From an uncultured cyanobacterium (GTDB lineage: Bacteria > Cyanobacteriota > Cyanobacteriia > Cyanobacteriales > CAWCAG01): a DNA stretch of 64,000 nt. Location of the stretch: NCBI GenBank assembly GCA_963793425.1, contig CAWCAG010000005.1:896001-960000 (forward strand), read 5' to 3'. The notes under the pieces were generated by a model. It did not search any database. It was given only the letters and a program-made list of their open reading frames with translations, and had not been told where the DNA came from. The position numbers and the translations under genes are program-made. Shown piece after piece: positions 1-9,667 of the stretch (the first letter of the stretch is position 1; every line of letters begins with the position of its first letter).

Positions 1-43
1 TAGCAGGATTATCTGCTATAAATGATGCAACAAATTATAGATA

Positions 44-805
44 ATGTTAGAACAAATTGCTTCTGTTAATCCTTGGTTAATCGGTATAGCCTTAAATACA
101 TTTTTATTAGCCATAGCTTGGTTATTACCGAAAAAACTACTCACCCCGGCTGGTTATTTCAACGCTTGGTTATTAGGAGTTTTAGTTTGGGGAAGTTTGG
201 GTTGGCGAGGTTACGGGGTAGTTATGTTCTATTTCTTAGTGGGTTCCGCTGTTACTCGCATTGGTATGGCAGAAAAAGAAGCCCAAGGTATTGCCGAAAA
301 ACGTTCTGGAATGAGGGGGCCAGAAAACGTTTGGGGTTCGGCTTTGGTTGGGGCTGTCTGTGGAATTGCAACTTTATTTCTTCCTTCCCCTTGGCAAGAA
401 TTATTTGTTTTAGCTTATGTGGCTAGCTTTTGTACAAAACTTTCTGATACTACCGCTAGCGAAGTGGGCAAAGCCTATGGCAAGCGGACTTTTTTAATTA
501 CTACCTTACAACCTGTAGCGAGAGGTACAGAAGGGGCAGTTAGCTTAGAAGGTACTATTGCTGGAATTGTTGCTTCTGCTGTGATTGCGGTTGTTGGTTG
601 GGCTATTGGTTTAATTACTCCTTGGGGTATTATCTTATGTATGATTGCCGCGTTTGTAGCCACTAATGTAGAAAGTTTAATTGGGGCAACTTTACAGGAT
701 AAATTCTCTTGGTTAACCAATGAAGTAGTTAATATTATCAATACTTTTATTGGTGCGGTTGTAGCTGTTTTGCTAGCTTGGTTGACGTTGGGATTTGGCA
801 ACTGA
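44..805 (+). CDS. DUF92 / TIGR00297 family membrane protein
   Basis: Multi-TM ORF with EKRSGMRGPENVWGS, KLSDTTASEVGK and GTEGAVSLEGT motifs typical of DUF92. Confidence 0.88.
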   Translation: MLEQIASVNPWLIGIALNTFLLAIAWLLPKKLLTPAGYFNAWLLGVLVWGSLGWRGYGVVMFYFLVGSAVTRIGMAEKEAQGIAEKRSGMRGPENVWGSALVGAVCGIATLFLPSPWQELFVLAYVASFCTKLSDTTASEVGKAYGKRTFLITTLQPVARGTEGAVSLEGTIAGIVASAVIAVVGWAIGLITPWGIILCMIAAFVATNVESLIGATLQDKFSWLTNEVVNIINTFIGAVVAVLLAWLTLGFGN

Positions 806-846
806 TAAGCAATAATTAATTAATCACGACTTCTGCTCACAAAATA

Positions 847-2004
847 ATGCCAGAAAAACCGACAACTTATCCCCAAAATCCTTGTTTCTCATCAGGGCCT
901 TGTGCTAAACGCCCCGGTTGGTCATTAGATGCCTTAAAAGATGCGACAGTTGGGCGTTCCCACCGTTCAGCTTTAGGGAAAAACAAGCTTGCTGAAGCGA
1001 TTAAATTATCTAAAGAAATCTTACAACTTCCCCAGGATTACAAACTTGGTATTGTTCCTGCTTCTGATACTGGGGCATTTGAGATGGCGATGTGGACAAT
1101 GTTGGGGGAAAGAGGGGTTGATGTTGTTGCTTGGGAAAGTTTTGGTAAAGGTTGGGTAACTGATATTGTTAAACAGTTGAACTTAGAAGATGTCAACACC
1201 TTTACAGCAGATTATGGCGAAATTCCTCACCTTTCTGAGGTAAATACAGATAGAGATGTTGTCTTCACCTGGAATGGTACAACTTCCGGGGTTAAAGTTC
1301 CCCATAGCGATTGGATTAAAGATAACCGCCAAGGGCTAACCATTTGCGATGCCACCTCTGCTGTTTTCGCTATGGAAATTCCTTGGCACAAAATTGATGT
1401 ACTCACCTATTCTTGGCAAAAAGTTATGGGGGGAGAAGCGGCACACGGTGTGATTATTTTATCTCCTCGCGCTGTAGCCAGATTAGAAAGTTATACCCCC
1501 AAGTGGCCCTTACCGAAGATTTTCCGCCTCACCAAAGGGGGAAAATTAATTGAAGGCATCTTCCAAGGTTCCACCATCAACACCCCTTCTATGTTATGTG
1601 TTGAAGATGCTTTAGATGGTTTGAAATGGGCTAAATCTTTAGGGAGCTTACCGGCCTTAATTAAGCGTTCCCAACAAAATCTGCAAATATTTGAGGATTG
1701 GGTGGCGAAAACAGATTGGATTGATTTTTTAGTAACAGATCCCTCCCTACGTTCCAACACCTCAATTTGTTTTCGCATCGTTGATGAAGGTTACAAATCC
1801 CTATCCCCCACACAACAAGCAGCTAAAGCCAAAGAATTAGTCTCTCTGTTGGCAAAAGAAGGAGTCGCTTACGATTTGGGTTCCTACCGCGACGCACCTC
1901 CAGGGCTACGTATTTGGGGCGGTGCTACCGTAGAAAATGAAGATATCAAAACCTTAACCCATTGGTTAGATTGGGGCTTTGAGAAGGTAATTGGTAATGG
2001 CTAA
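847..2004 (+). CDS. serC: Phosphoserine aminotransferase (Methanosarcina/alphaproteobacterial type)
   Basis: N-terminal [29 protein letters not shown]-lysine motif [17 protein letters not shown]. Confidence 0.88.
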   Translation: MPEKPTTYPQNPCFSSGPCAKRPGWSLDALKDATVGRSHRSALGKNKLAEAIKLSKEILQLPQDYKLGIVPASDTGAFEMAMWTMLGERGVDVVAWESFGKGWVTDIVKQLNLEDVNTFTADYGEIPHLSEVNTDRDVVFTWNGTTSGVKVPHSDWIKDNRQGLTICDATSAVFAMEIPWHKIDVLTYSWQKVMGGEAAHGVIILSPRAVARLESYTPKWPLPKIFRLTKGGKLIEGIFQGSTINTPSMLCVEDALDGLKWAKSLGSLPALIKRSQQNLQIFEDWVAKTDWIDFLVTDPSLRSNTSICFRIVDEGYKSLSPTQQAAKAKELVSLLAKEGVAYDLGSYRDAPPGLRIWGGATVENEDIKTLTHWLDWGFEKVIGNG

Positions 2005-2032
2005 TGGCTAGTTGCTAATGGCTAGTGGCTAA
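1996..2032 (+). repeat. Degenerate heptamer tandem repeat (GCTAATG/GCTAGTT family)
   Basis: taatggctaatggctagttgctaatggctagtggctaat overlapping the serC stop codon. Confidence 0.7.
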
Positions 2033-2094
2033 TCGTGACGAGAGTTTGGCAGATTGCGTCTTTGCTTAACTTGTCAGCAATGGTTAATGGCTAA

Positions 2095-2490
2095 TTGGTA
2101 ATTGTTAAACTTGAAATTAACAATTTCAAAACCAGTACAAAACTATGCCGAGATGTTGCCAAAAATAGTCTAGATGAATGGATTTACTTCCTGAAAAATA
2201 GCAACATTAAAGAAGAATTTGCAGCTAAGGGAATGCTAGAAGCAAAGGAAACCTTGCGAGTAAATAACTTATCAGAATCAGATAAAGTAGCATATTCCCG
2301 TTATATGGAGAACAAAAGTTATGAAGCGAGTATGTTGAGTACCCAGGAATTTGAAACTCAATGGGAAATTGAACAGGCTATCCAACAGAGAACAATCACT
2401 ATAGCCCGTTCTTGCAAAGAACAAGGTTTAGATGTAGAAACTATCATGAAAATAACTCAACTTTCTATTGAAGAAATTGAATCTTTGTAA
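2095..2490 (+). pseudogene. C-terminal fragment of an Rpn family (PD-(D/E)XK nuclease/putative transposase) protein
   Basis: LDEWIYFLKN and C-terminal IARS..GLDVETIMKITQLSIEEIESL are Rpn/YhgA-like; the N-terminal catalytic region is absent and the ORF starts inside repeat sequence. Confidence 0.72.
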
Positions 2491-2528
2491 GGAAATCATC
2501 ACCACACCTCCCTAATCTTCTTGCCAAC

Positions 2529-3743
2529 ATGAAAATCCTCCTCATTTGTTCTACCTTCCCCTATCCTCCTACTCGCGGGGGAACTCAGGGTAGAACTTTT
2601 AACTTACTTAAATACTTAACTCCAAATCACCAACTCACCTTAATTACCCAACGTTCTCATGATGTTACCGAAGAAGAAATTGCTGGGTTAAAAGAGTGGG
2701 TAGAAGAATTAATCGTTTTCCCCCGCCCCACAAACACAGGAACAGGCATCTGGGCTAAAGTTTGGCGCTTTGCCCAATTTTTACAACAGGGAACCCCTCC
2801 TAATGTTTTGCACCTTTACTCATCGGAAATTCAGCAGTGGATTGATGAAGCTGTGGCTGCCAAGAAATTTGAAGCGATCACCTGCGAACATAGCGTTAAT
2901 GAAGTCTATGTGCGCCCTCAATGGCGAGAAAATCTCCGTACTGTGGTGAATGTTCATAGTTCCCTTTATCGCACCTGCAAGAACCAACTAGAAACGGAAA
3001 CCTCTGATCATGAATTGCGGGATCGCCTTTTTCTACCCTTATTAAAACGCTATGAACAAAGGGTTTGTCGCAAGTTTTCCCAAGTGGTAGTCACCACCGA
3101 TGAAGATCAACAGCAAATGCGCCTCTTTGCCCCCCAAGCAGAAGTAACCGTTGTTCCCAACGGAGTTGATTTAGATACCTTTCCCTACCGCGCTAAAGAT
3201 CCTGGGGGACATCACTTAGTGTTTGTGGGGGGGTTGGATTATTTTGTCAACATTGATGCGGCTTGCTTCTTCGCCAAAGAAATCCTACCCCTCTTGCAAA
3301 AAAAGTATCCCGACACCACTTTAACTTTAGTTGGTTCCAAACCAGCCCCTGAAGTGCGAGCTTTACAAACAGATAATGCAGCCATCACCGTTACAGGAAG
3401 AGTCCCTTCCGTTGCCGAATACCTGCACCAGGCTACCATCTCCATCGTGCCTTTACGTACCGGTTTTGGTATGAAAATCAAGACCCTAGAATCCATGGCT
3501 TCTGGTGCGCCGATTGTTGGTAGCGATCGCGGTTTAGAAGGATTAGAAGTTGATACTTCCGGTGTACCTTTACGGGCGTTACGTGCCAATACGATAGAGG
3601 AATATCTAGAAGCAATCACCTGCCTTTTTGAAGATCCTCAATTAAGAACAGAATTATCCCATAACGGGCGATCGCTCATTGAACAAGAATATACCTGGTC
3701 AAGGGCTGCTCAAAGTTACGAGAAAATCATTACAGGGCAGTAA
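2529..3743 (+). CDS. Glycosyltransferase family 4 protein
   Basis: FPYPPTRGG N-terminus, VPNGVD, GFGMKIKTLESMASGAPIVGS GT-B motif. Confidence 0.9.
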   Translation: MKILLICSTFPYPPTRGGTQGRTFNLLKYLTPNHQLTLITQRSHDVTEEEIAGLKEWVEELIVFPRPTNTGTGIWAKVWRFAQFLQQGTPPNVLHLYSSEIQQWIDEAVAAKKFEAITCEHSVNEVYVRPQWRENLRTVVNVHSSLYRTCKNQLETETSDHELRDRLFLPLLKRYEQRVCRKFSQVVVTTDEDQQQMRLFAPQAEVTVVPNGVDLDTFPYRAKDPGGHHLVFVGGLDYFVNIDAACFFAKEILPLLQKKYPDTTLTLVGSKPAPEVRALQTDNAAITVTGRVPSVAEYLHQATISIVPLRTGFGMKIKTLESMASGAPIVGSDRGLEGLEVDTSGVPLRALRANTIEEYLEAITCLFEDPQLRTELSHNGRSLIEQEYTWSRAAQSYEKIITGQ

Positions 3744-3805
3744 TAGCAGCAAATGAGTTGTGATTTACCAATAAAATTTCAGACTACTCAAGTGTTTGGT
3801 TGAGC

Positions 3806-4516
3806 CTAGCAAACCTTATTAATAGCCCAACTCCAGTTTAAACACAACTCGATCTTCAGATCAGAAAACTCATTGCATATCGGTTGTTTCGCATTTCCAT
3901 TTCTCTCACAGTAGTCATTGCTATTTGAAGTGAAGAAAATGATTTTCTCGGTGAATCCTTGGTTCCTGAGTAATGACGATATTTTAAGACAATGCTCATA
4001 AATAATGCAGTCCTGAATTGCTCCTTTTGTTGATGGGGGTATGTTATTTACGACACGTTCGTTGGCTTTCAAAACTAACTCATCGTGTTGCTTCACATGG
4101 ATACCTAATGACAACAAATCACGACAAGCTTTCTCTAAAACCAATTCAGTTTTTGATGAGAGGGAGTCTGGGATTGATAGTTTCTCTAGACCAGATGAAT
4201 GTAGAGAGATTAATACTTCCATTCGCGAAATGGTATCTTTTATGTGGTGTGACAACTCACTTTTTGTCTTGGCAAAATTATCCTCAAACTCTTTTTGAAT
4301 AAGGGGGAGAATTACAATTTTCAGCTTTTTTTCTTTAGTTAACCGGATTGCATTTTCAGCTGAATCTAAATATGCTCTTGCTGTTGTTGGTTTCTTTTGA
4401 CGAAAAGGGAGCCGAATTAAATCTAGTAATACACAAGTATCTACAAATAGAATTGGCGTTGGCTCATTGATAATTTCATCTACAGCATCACCGATTTCTA
4501 ACTGATTGATGCTCAT
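3806..4516 (-). CDS. PIN-domain protein (DUF4935/PIN_12-like putative ribonuclease)
   Basis: PIN acidic tetrad pattern: FVDTCVLLD, IQKEFEDN, IQDCIIYE, FFTSNSNDY. Confidence 0.75.
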   Translation of the reverse strand: MSINQLEIGDAVDEIINEPTPILFVDTCVLLDLIRLPFRQKKPTTARAYLDSAENAIRLTKEKKLKIVILPLIQKEFEDNFAKTKSELSHHIKDTISRMEVLISLHSSGLEKLSIPDSLSSKTELVLEKACRDLLSLGIHVKQHDELVLKANERVVNNIPPSTKGAIQDCIIYEHCLKISSLLRNQGFTEKIIFFTSNSNDYCERNGNAKQPICNEFSDLKIELCLNWSWAINKVC

Positions 4517-5159
4517 TTTGGTAATTTTTAGAGTAGGTTAGCAATGAAAGTCCTTGCTCATATTCAATAGCTAGCTGAAATGCCATGTCTTCATGCCAAC
4601 CCTCTTCTTCAACCAACCACCTTTTAAGCCGACTAGAATCAATACTTTCGTTATGCCGCAGCGCCGAGACAATAAAAGCAAACCATCTCTCTTGGTCACA
4701 AGGGTGGGAAGTCCCTGTCGATTTATTAGCTGTCCTTGAAAAACTTTTTAACTTTCTATAAGTCTCTTCAGACACCCAATCTTCCATACTCTGGTTATCT
4801 GGGGTTATCTTGGCTTTAACAGAATATTTACTGCATAGTGGCTGAAGAAAGTTATTGTAGAACTCCATCAATATGACATTGTATTGATCTTTCGATAACT
4901 TTCCCCTTTCTCTGGGGACAATATTTGATATATAAACGATTTCCGGGTTTTTTCTGGCAAAAGCAATTAAGGCCGGCTCTAGAACTTCTGTTCTACCACA
5001 TGAGAAATAATAAAATTTGACCTTAGATTCTCTGGCTGACTTTTGTTCAAGAGAGATTTCTCTACGCCAGTTTCCCTGTAGAATTTGCTCTAATTCACTA
5101 AAAAAATCATCTGCTTTTTCTTCTGGCAAAGGTAGATATAACTCTCGAAAAACTTTCAT
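4488..5159 (-). CDS. Hypothetical protein, overlapping the PIN gene by 29 bp
   Basis: 223-aa soluble ORF with ATG start and a motif-like ANKSTGTSHPCDQERW segment. Confidence 0.75.
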   Translation of the reverse strand: MKVFRELYLPLPEEKADDFFSELEQILQGNWRREISLEQKSARESKVKFYYFSCGRTEVLEPALIAFARKNPEIVYISNIVPRERGKLSKDQYNVILMEFYNNFLQPLCSKYSVKAKITPDNQSMEDWVSEETYRKLKSFSRTANKSTGTSHPCDQERWFAFIVSALRHNESIDSSRLKRWLVEEEGWHEDMAFQLAIEYEQGLSLLTYSKNYQNEHQSVRNR

Positions 5160-5231
5160 GATACCTAATATTCCTACTCATTATGGTAGTTTTTGTCGCT
5201 CCGGTTTTTTAATCGCATTAATCAAAAAATA

Positions 5232-6110
5232 TCATTTCCCTGGAGAGAAAAAGACAACAGGGAACCAACTACGTCGCAATAACTCATTGGCAAAACTAGG
5301 GGTTGTCCACTCAAATAAATTATTTTTGGTGACTGAACCAATGGCAATGGAAGTGATATCAAAATCTACCGCAACATCAAGAGTTTCTAAAAGAGGATTT
5401 CCTTGACGAACCTCTGTATTCACCTGCAAACCTAACTTTTCTAACTCCCCTTTCACTTCTTCTAATTTCTTCGTCGCTTCTTGTAGCTTATATTCTACTG
5501 GCACTCCGCGACGACCGGCATCATCTACTACCCAACACAACATAATCTTCTCTAAGGAATTTTCCGGGCGATTCTTAGCAATTTCTTTAATACGCTCTAA
5601 GAGGTATTGGGCAGAATCGCTGTTGTTGTAAGGTATCAATAAGTAACGATAAAGATGCTCACAACGTAAAGCTAATTCTTCACGGGTATAAGTCGAAATA
5701 AGTTGAGGGCGAAGAATGGTTAAGGGTGTTGAGGTTAACTTCCCTAAACCCACCGTTGTACTACCGAAAATCTTTTCTTGCAAAAGACTACGAATGGAGT
5801 TTCCCGTCAGAATAACCTCGCTGTCGTAGGTTTCTAGTATCTTAGGAATGTTGTCTAAGGGACGACCAGAAAGAACTTCTGTGACAACTTCCACTCCTGC
5901 GGGGACTTCTGCTAATTCTTGGGCAAAACGAGCTTTTGCTGCCTCGATTTTTTCTTTATCAACCCTAGGAACTTCGCAATCTTCTTTGATGGGGACGCAA
6001 TGGAGAAAAACTATTTGTTTGATGCCACCGCTAGCCAGATTGGATACAAATTTCAACAAGCGATACAAACCGTCAGAAAAGTCTGTGCAGATTAAGCAAC
6101 GCTGAAACAT
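5232..6110 (-). CDS. Universal stress protein (tandem Usp domains)
   Basis: MFQRCLICTDFSD start, IFGSTT motif, second Usp domain LLIPYNNS. Confidence 0.88.
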   Translation of the reverse strand: MFQRCLICTDFSDGLYRLLKFVSNLASGGIKQIVFLHCVPIKEDCEVPRVDKEKIEAAKARFAQELAEVPAGVEVVTEVLSGRPLDNIPKILETYDSEVILTGNSIRSLLQEKIFGSTTVGLGKLTSTPLTILRPQLISTYTREELALRCEHLYRYLLIPYNNSDSAQYLLERIKEIAKNRPENSLEKIMLCWVVDDAGRRGVPVEYKLQEATKKLEEVKGELEKLGLQVNTEVRQGNPLLETLDVAVDFDITSIAIGSVTKNNLFEWTTPSFANELLRRSWFPVVFFSPGK

Positions 6111-6249
6111 ATTGAATGACAGAATATTAGGGCATCAGGCAAAAAATATCGAATAGCTCGCATTTAAACACTGCGTAGGATATCTAGTCTATTTCTACCT
6201 TTCCTTTAACAATAACATCCCTTATCTAACTTTTAACTTTTAACTTGAA

Positions 6250-6330
6250 AAGTGAACGCCCCGGCATCCCCAGCTTGTTTCGTCTCTTTCTCGCCGAACC
6301 TAGCAAGAGATGGAGGTCGCCTCCTTTTTC
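6250..6330 (-). ncRNA. Candidate structured RNA element between nblA and the usp gene
   Basis: GC-rich island in AT-rich spacer; minus-strand hairpins GGAGG-CGA-CCUCC and UCUUGCU-AGGUUC-GGCGAGA. Confidence 0.4.
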
Positions 6331-6357
6331 CTTTTCTGCTGTCTTAGCTATTTAAGG

Positions 6358-6546
6358 CTATGGCGCAGATTCCAGCCCCCAGTCGTGCTTGAGAAAATCT
6401 TTGTACATATTCTCGCGCACCATCATTTGCCCATAAAGTTCGATTAAGAACTTCTGAGCTTGTTCGCGGCTCATCTTTTGTACTTGAGTTTCAAAAGAAC
6501 GCATATTGAACTTTTGTTCTAAAGATAGTCCCGTTTGTTGAGACAT
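6358..6546 (-). CDS. nblA: Phycobilisome degradation protein NblA
   Basis: LSLEQKFNMRSFETQVQKMSREQAQKFLIELYGQMMVREN is the NblA signature; start moved to the ATG at 6546. Confidence 0.92.
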   Translation of the reverse strand: MSQQTGLSLEQKFNMRSFETQVQKMSREQAQKFLIELYGQMMVRENMYKDFLKHDWGLESAP

Positions 6547-7145
6547 AATCAATAACTCCAAACTACAACTTGATCGAGAAACTAATGACGCAAAAGAGAA
6601 ATTCACTTTGCTGTCACTCTTCTATTATGATAAGAAAAATGACAAGTGTTTGACAAATAGGCTACTTTATCAAGTAAGGCTTTTCTTCAAACTACCAGAA
6701 AAGTAAATTATTGCTTCTACTTTCAGTAACACCTGTGTTATTTTAATCAGGGGTTTGGGAAGAAATTTGCTCAATATAAACAAAAATTTTGAGCAAATCT
6801 ACCCATCAAGATCAAATTTACTATTTTCTACAGCTAGAGAAGCTAGCTTCAAAGTCTAGAGCATGGTAATTTTAAGATAGTGTAAACATTTTGCAATAAT
6901 CACGCTCTAGGAATAAAAATCCTATATTTGAAATGCCCACAAAGGCTGTAGAGTATCCAAAGTCTGTTATATAAACTAAAGCCCATCTTGAGCGCACCAA
7001 CCAATATTGCGAATATTGTCAAGTTTAACTGGGGACTAAATAGCTTAAAGGGAAATCTAGTCAAAAAATTTCCCCTTAACTTATGGAAGCCTAATTGTTT
7101 GCCATGCAAGTTTTTTACTAAAATTCAATCTGGAGGTAATTCTCA

Positions 7146-7586
7146 ATGACGATTCGTATCTATGTAGGCAATTTGCCAAAAGACAGCATAGACCGTCAAG
7201 AACTGCAAGATATGTTTGCAGAAGTAGATTCAGTATCTACTAAAGTAATCAAAGACCGTAAAACTGGTAAGTGTCGGGGCTTTGCCTTTGTTACAGTACC
7301 AACGGACGAAATAGCTGATGAATTTATTGCTAAATTCAACGGTAAGTCTTTCAAAGATACCCCTTTGAAAATTGAAAAGGCTTTACCCAAATCCAAAGCT
7401 CAAGAGGATAAAGAAGAGGCTAGTTCTGGTGGCAATAATGCTCCCTCACCCCGTAAAAGTAGTAACAAAAAATCTCGCCGTGGCAATAATTACAGCAACA
7501 CTGGCAAAGACTCATCCCAACCAGATCCTCGCTGGGCTGACGAATTAGCGAAACTGAAAGAGATGCTAGCTGCCCAAGCAAAGTAA
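7146..7586 (+). CDS. RRM RNA-binding protein (Rbp3-like, no Gly-rich tail)
   Basis: RNP2 IYVGNL, RNP1 RGFAFV, C-terminal QPDPRWADELAKLK. Confidence 0.9.
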   Translation: MTIRIYVGNLPKDSIDRQELQDMFAEVDSVSTKVIKDRKTGKCRGFAFVTVPTDEIADEFIAKFNGKSFKDTPLKIEKALPKSKAQEDKEEASSGGNNAPSPRKSSNKKSRRGNNYSNTGKDSSQPDPRWADELAKLKEMLAAQAK

Positions 7587-7646
7587 ATCTTAAGCGCTAA
7601 TTGTTATCAGTTTGGAGCAAAGATATCAATAGGAAGCAAAATCAGA

Positions 7647-7691
7647 AGCAGAAAAGATAGTCAAAGGGAAATTATTACTATCTTTTCTGCT
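7647..7691 (+). terminator. Inverted repeat, probable terminator after the rbp gene
   Basis: AGCAGAAAAGATAGT ... ACTATCTTTTCTGCT perfect 15-bp stem. Confidence 0.6.
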
Positions 7692-7824
7692 CTATTTATT
7701 TGCTTACCCTGAGCAAAACTTGCTCTAAGCCACAACAGTATCACTTCCAAAACTGATAAATGTAGCCTACGGCAAGGCTTGCGCCAACAATGATAAATTT
7801 TAAACGAAACAAGGAGTTTTAGGG

Positions 7825-8532
7825 ATGAAAGATTTAGATCCTGTTAAGGTCATGAAACAGGAAGTAGGGAAAGCAGCAGCAGCTTTAGTAGAATCAGACT
7901 CAATTGTTGGGTTAGGAACAGGTTCAACTACTGCTTTTGCCATTGAATATTTAGGGGAGCGTCTTAAATCAGGAGAAATTAAAAATATTGTTGGTGTTCC
8001 TACTTCTTTCCAAGCTGAAGTTTTAGCTAAAAAATATGGTATTCCTCTCACAAGTTTAGATGCCATAGACCATATTGATATTGCCATTGATGGGGCAGAT
8101 GAAGTTGACCCTCAAAAGAACTTAATTAAAGGCGGTGGTGCAGCACATACCCGCGAGAAAGTTGTTGATTCTTTAGCGACCAAGTTTGTGGTTGTAGTTG
8201 ATAGTGGTAAGTTGGTGGAAAAACTGGGTTCAAGCTTCTTGCTTCCAGTAGAAGTAATTCCTATGGCTGTTACTCCAGCAATGCGCGCCATTGAGAAGTT
8301 GGGGGGCAAGCCAGAATTACGTATGGGAGTTAAAAAAGCAGGGCCTGTGGTCACAGACCAAGGAAATTTGGTTTTTGATGTTAAGTTCGACTCAATTACT
8401 GACCCAGCAAATTTAGAAAAGACGATTAATAATATTCCTGGTGTGTTAGAAAATGGCTTATTCGTTGGGGTTACCGATGTAGTTTTAGTGGGCGAAATTG
8501 TTGATGACAAACCTGTAGTTAAGGAAATGTGA
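7825..8532 (+). CDS. rpiA: Ribose-5-phosphate isomerase A
   Basis: [26 protein letters not shown] motifs. Confidence 0.97.
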   Translation: MKDLDPVKVMKQEVGKAAAALVESDSIVGLGTGSTTAFAIEYLGERLKSGEIKNIVGVPTSFQAEVLAKKYGIPLTSLDAIDHIDIAIDGADEVDPQKNLIKGGGAAHTREKVVDSLATKFVVVVDSGKLVEKLGSSFLLPVEVIPMAVTPAMRAIEKLGGKPELRMGVKKAGPVVTDQGNLVFDVKFDSITDPANLEKTINNIPGVLENGLFVGVTDVVLVGEIVDDKPVVKEM

Positions 8533-8760
8533 TGCCAACTACCACGGATTGCCAATCATAGTGAAACTACTCCAGTAATAAAGAAGCAGGCTTCTGTGAT
8601 TACAGCTTCGCAACTTAGAAATGGTGATGGCTTTAACTCAACAGTACTCGTTAAAATCATTTTAAGCTGATTTTCTCGTTGATTGAGGGGATTTTTACTT
8701 TTCAGGAAGCTTGCGATCGCAAATTAGCTTAATTGCACAATTTGTCTTGCTCTGTTCTCC

Positions 8761-8819
8761 CTTGAGATGATATTATGTATGTGGTGGAAAAGGTGCGCTC
8801 TTAGAAACGCTTTTTCAAA
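8761..8819 (+). repeat. Dispersed ~59-bp repeat (second copy inverted at 49521-49579), possibly a decayed IS end
   Basis: Ungapped manual alignment of the two copies gives 44/59 identities. Confidence 0.55.
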
Positions 8820-9271
8820 GGTATTTTCTAACTCTCTTCAGTTAAGGAATTTTTTTTATTTATTGGCGCTGGTTTTATGATATTATTTTTTTAAAGAAAA
8901 ATTTTTATAATGGGAATATTTGCGCTTATTTTCAAAACTTACCACTCCCATTGTAATACTCAAAATCAACTTTATCATAAAATTGCGCCTTTAGTTCGTT
9001 TAAATTCTTCTTTACTAAAGCTGATTTTAGTTTCACCTAAGTGATGGTGGGCAAACCTGACAAAACTGGTTTAATCGACAACTCGATGGGTTTTTGCCCA
9101 CCCTACAGTTTCTGCTTCTATCGGCTTCTGCTTCAAAAGCATCTGTCCACAACGCAGCAATATCTTGTTCCGTTGCTTCTTTTGGCAACAAAATTAGATG
9201 ATATTTATTAGCAGGTTCCACCTTTGCATAGGGAGTTTGTCTCGGTTTTTGGTAAACATGATTAATCTCCT

Positions 9272-9610
9272 TCACTCTCCTTTCGTCCCTGCTTTGCCCC
9301 CTGTACCCAACAACTTAACCTCACCCTCACCGCTAATTTATACCGCCAATTCCACCTCATCCAACTGCATTCCAGAAGAGTCAGGAATTTGCTGCCTTGC
9401 CCGACTGAGTAGCCCTCCCATAACGTTAAGAAACTCAGCCATTTTTGCTTCTACTTTCTTGACGCTAACCTGAACACTGCGGCGATAAGTAACCTGGTTT
9501 TGTTTCGGGGGATGATAAGGGTTGCGAGGAGAATTCCCTCCCTTGTTACCATCATTTTGTTCTTCAGCAATTTCTTCAGTAATGATCCAGATTGTTTCTG
9601 GTTCTGCCAT
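9272..9610 (-). pseudogene. Pepco/Trypco-like (CU044_2847-like) small protein with premature stop
   Basis: MQLDEVELAV-TAA-ISGEGEVKLLGTGGKAGTKG: the family-like motif continues in frame past the stop at 9338-9340. Confidence 0.65.
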
Positions 9611-9667
9611 GGTATTTAACTAGGAATATAAATATCTCAATTGTAAAGGAAGGACAAGATTTTAAAA

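Noticed and set aside
6270..6345. Hammerhead ribozyme suggested by GACGAAAC on the minus strand
   Set aside because: The required CUGANGA core is not present at a compatible position
6900..7109. 69-aa ORF in the nblA-rbp spacer; likewise 28522-28707 and 61215-61529
   Set aside because: No recognisable motif or RBS; they overlap promoter regions, remnants or real genes
3676..8712. Lack of HIP1 sites as proof of foreign origin for the PIN cassette
   Set aside because: The HIP1-free stretch also covers core genes (usp, nblA, rbp, rpiA) and similar gaps occur elsewhere, so it is not discriminating
9033..9275. 80-aa minus-strand ORF
   Set aside because: Its 3' part runs through a REP-like palindrome and no family is recognisable; probably debris
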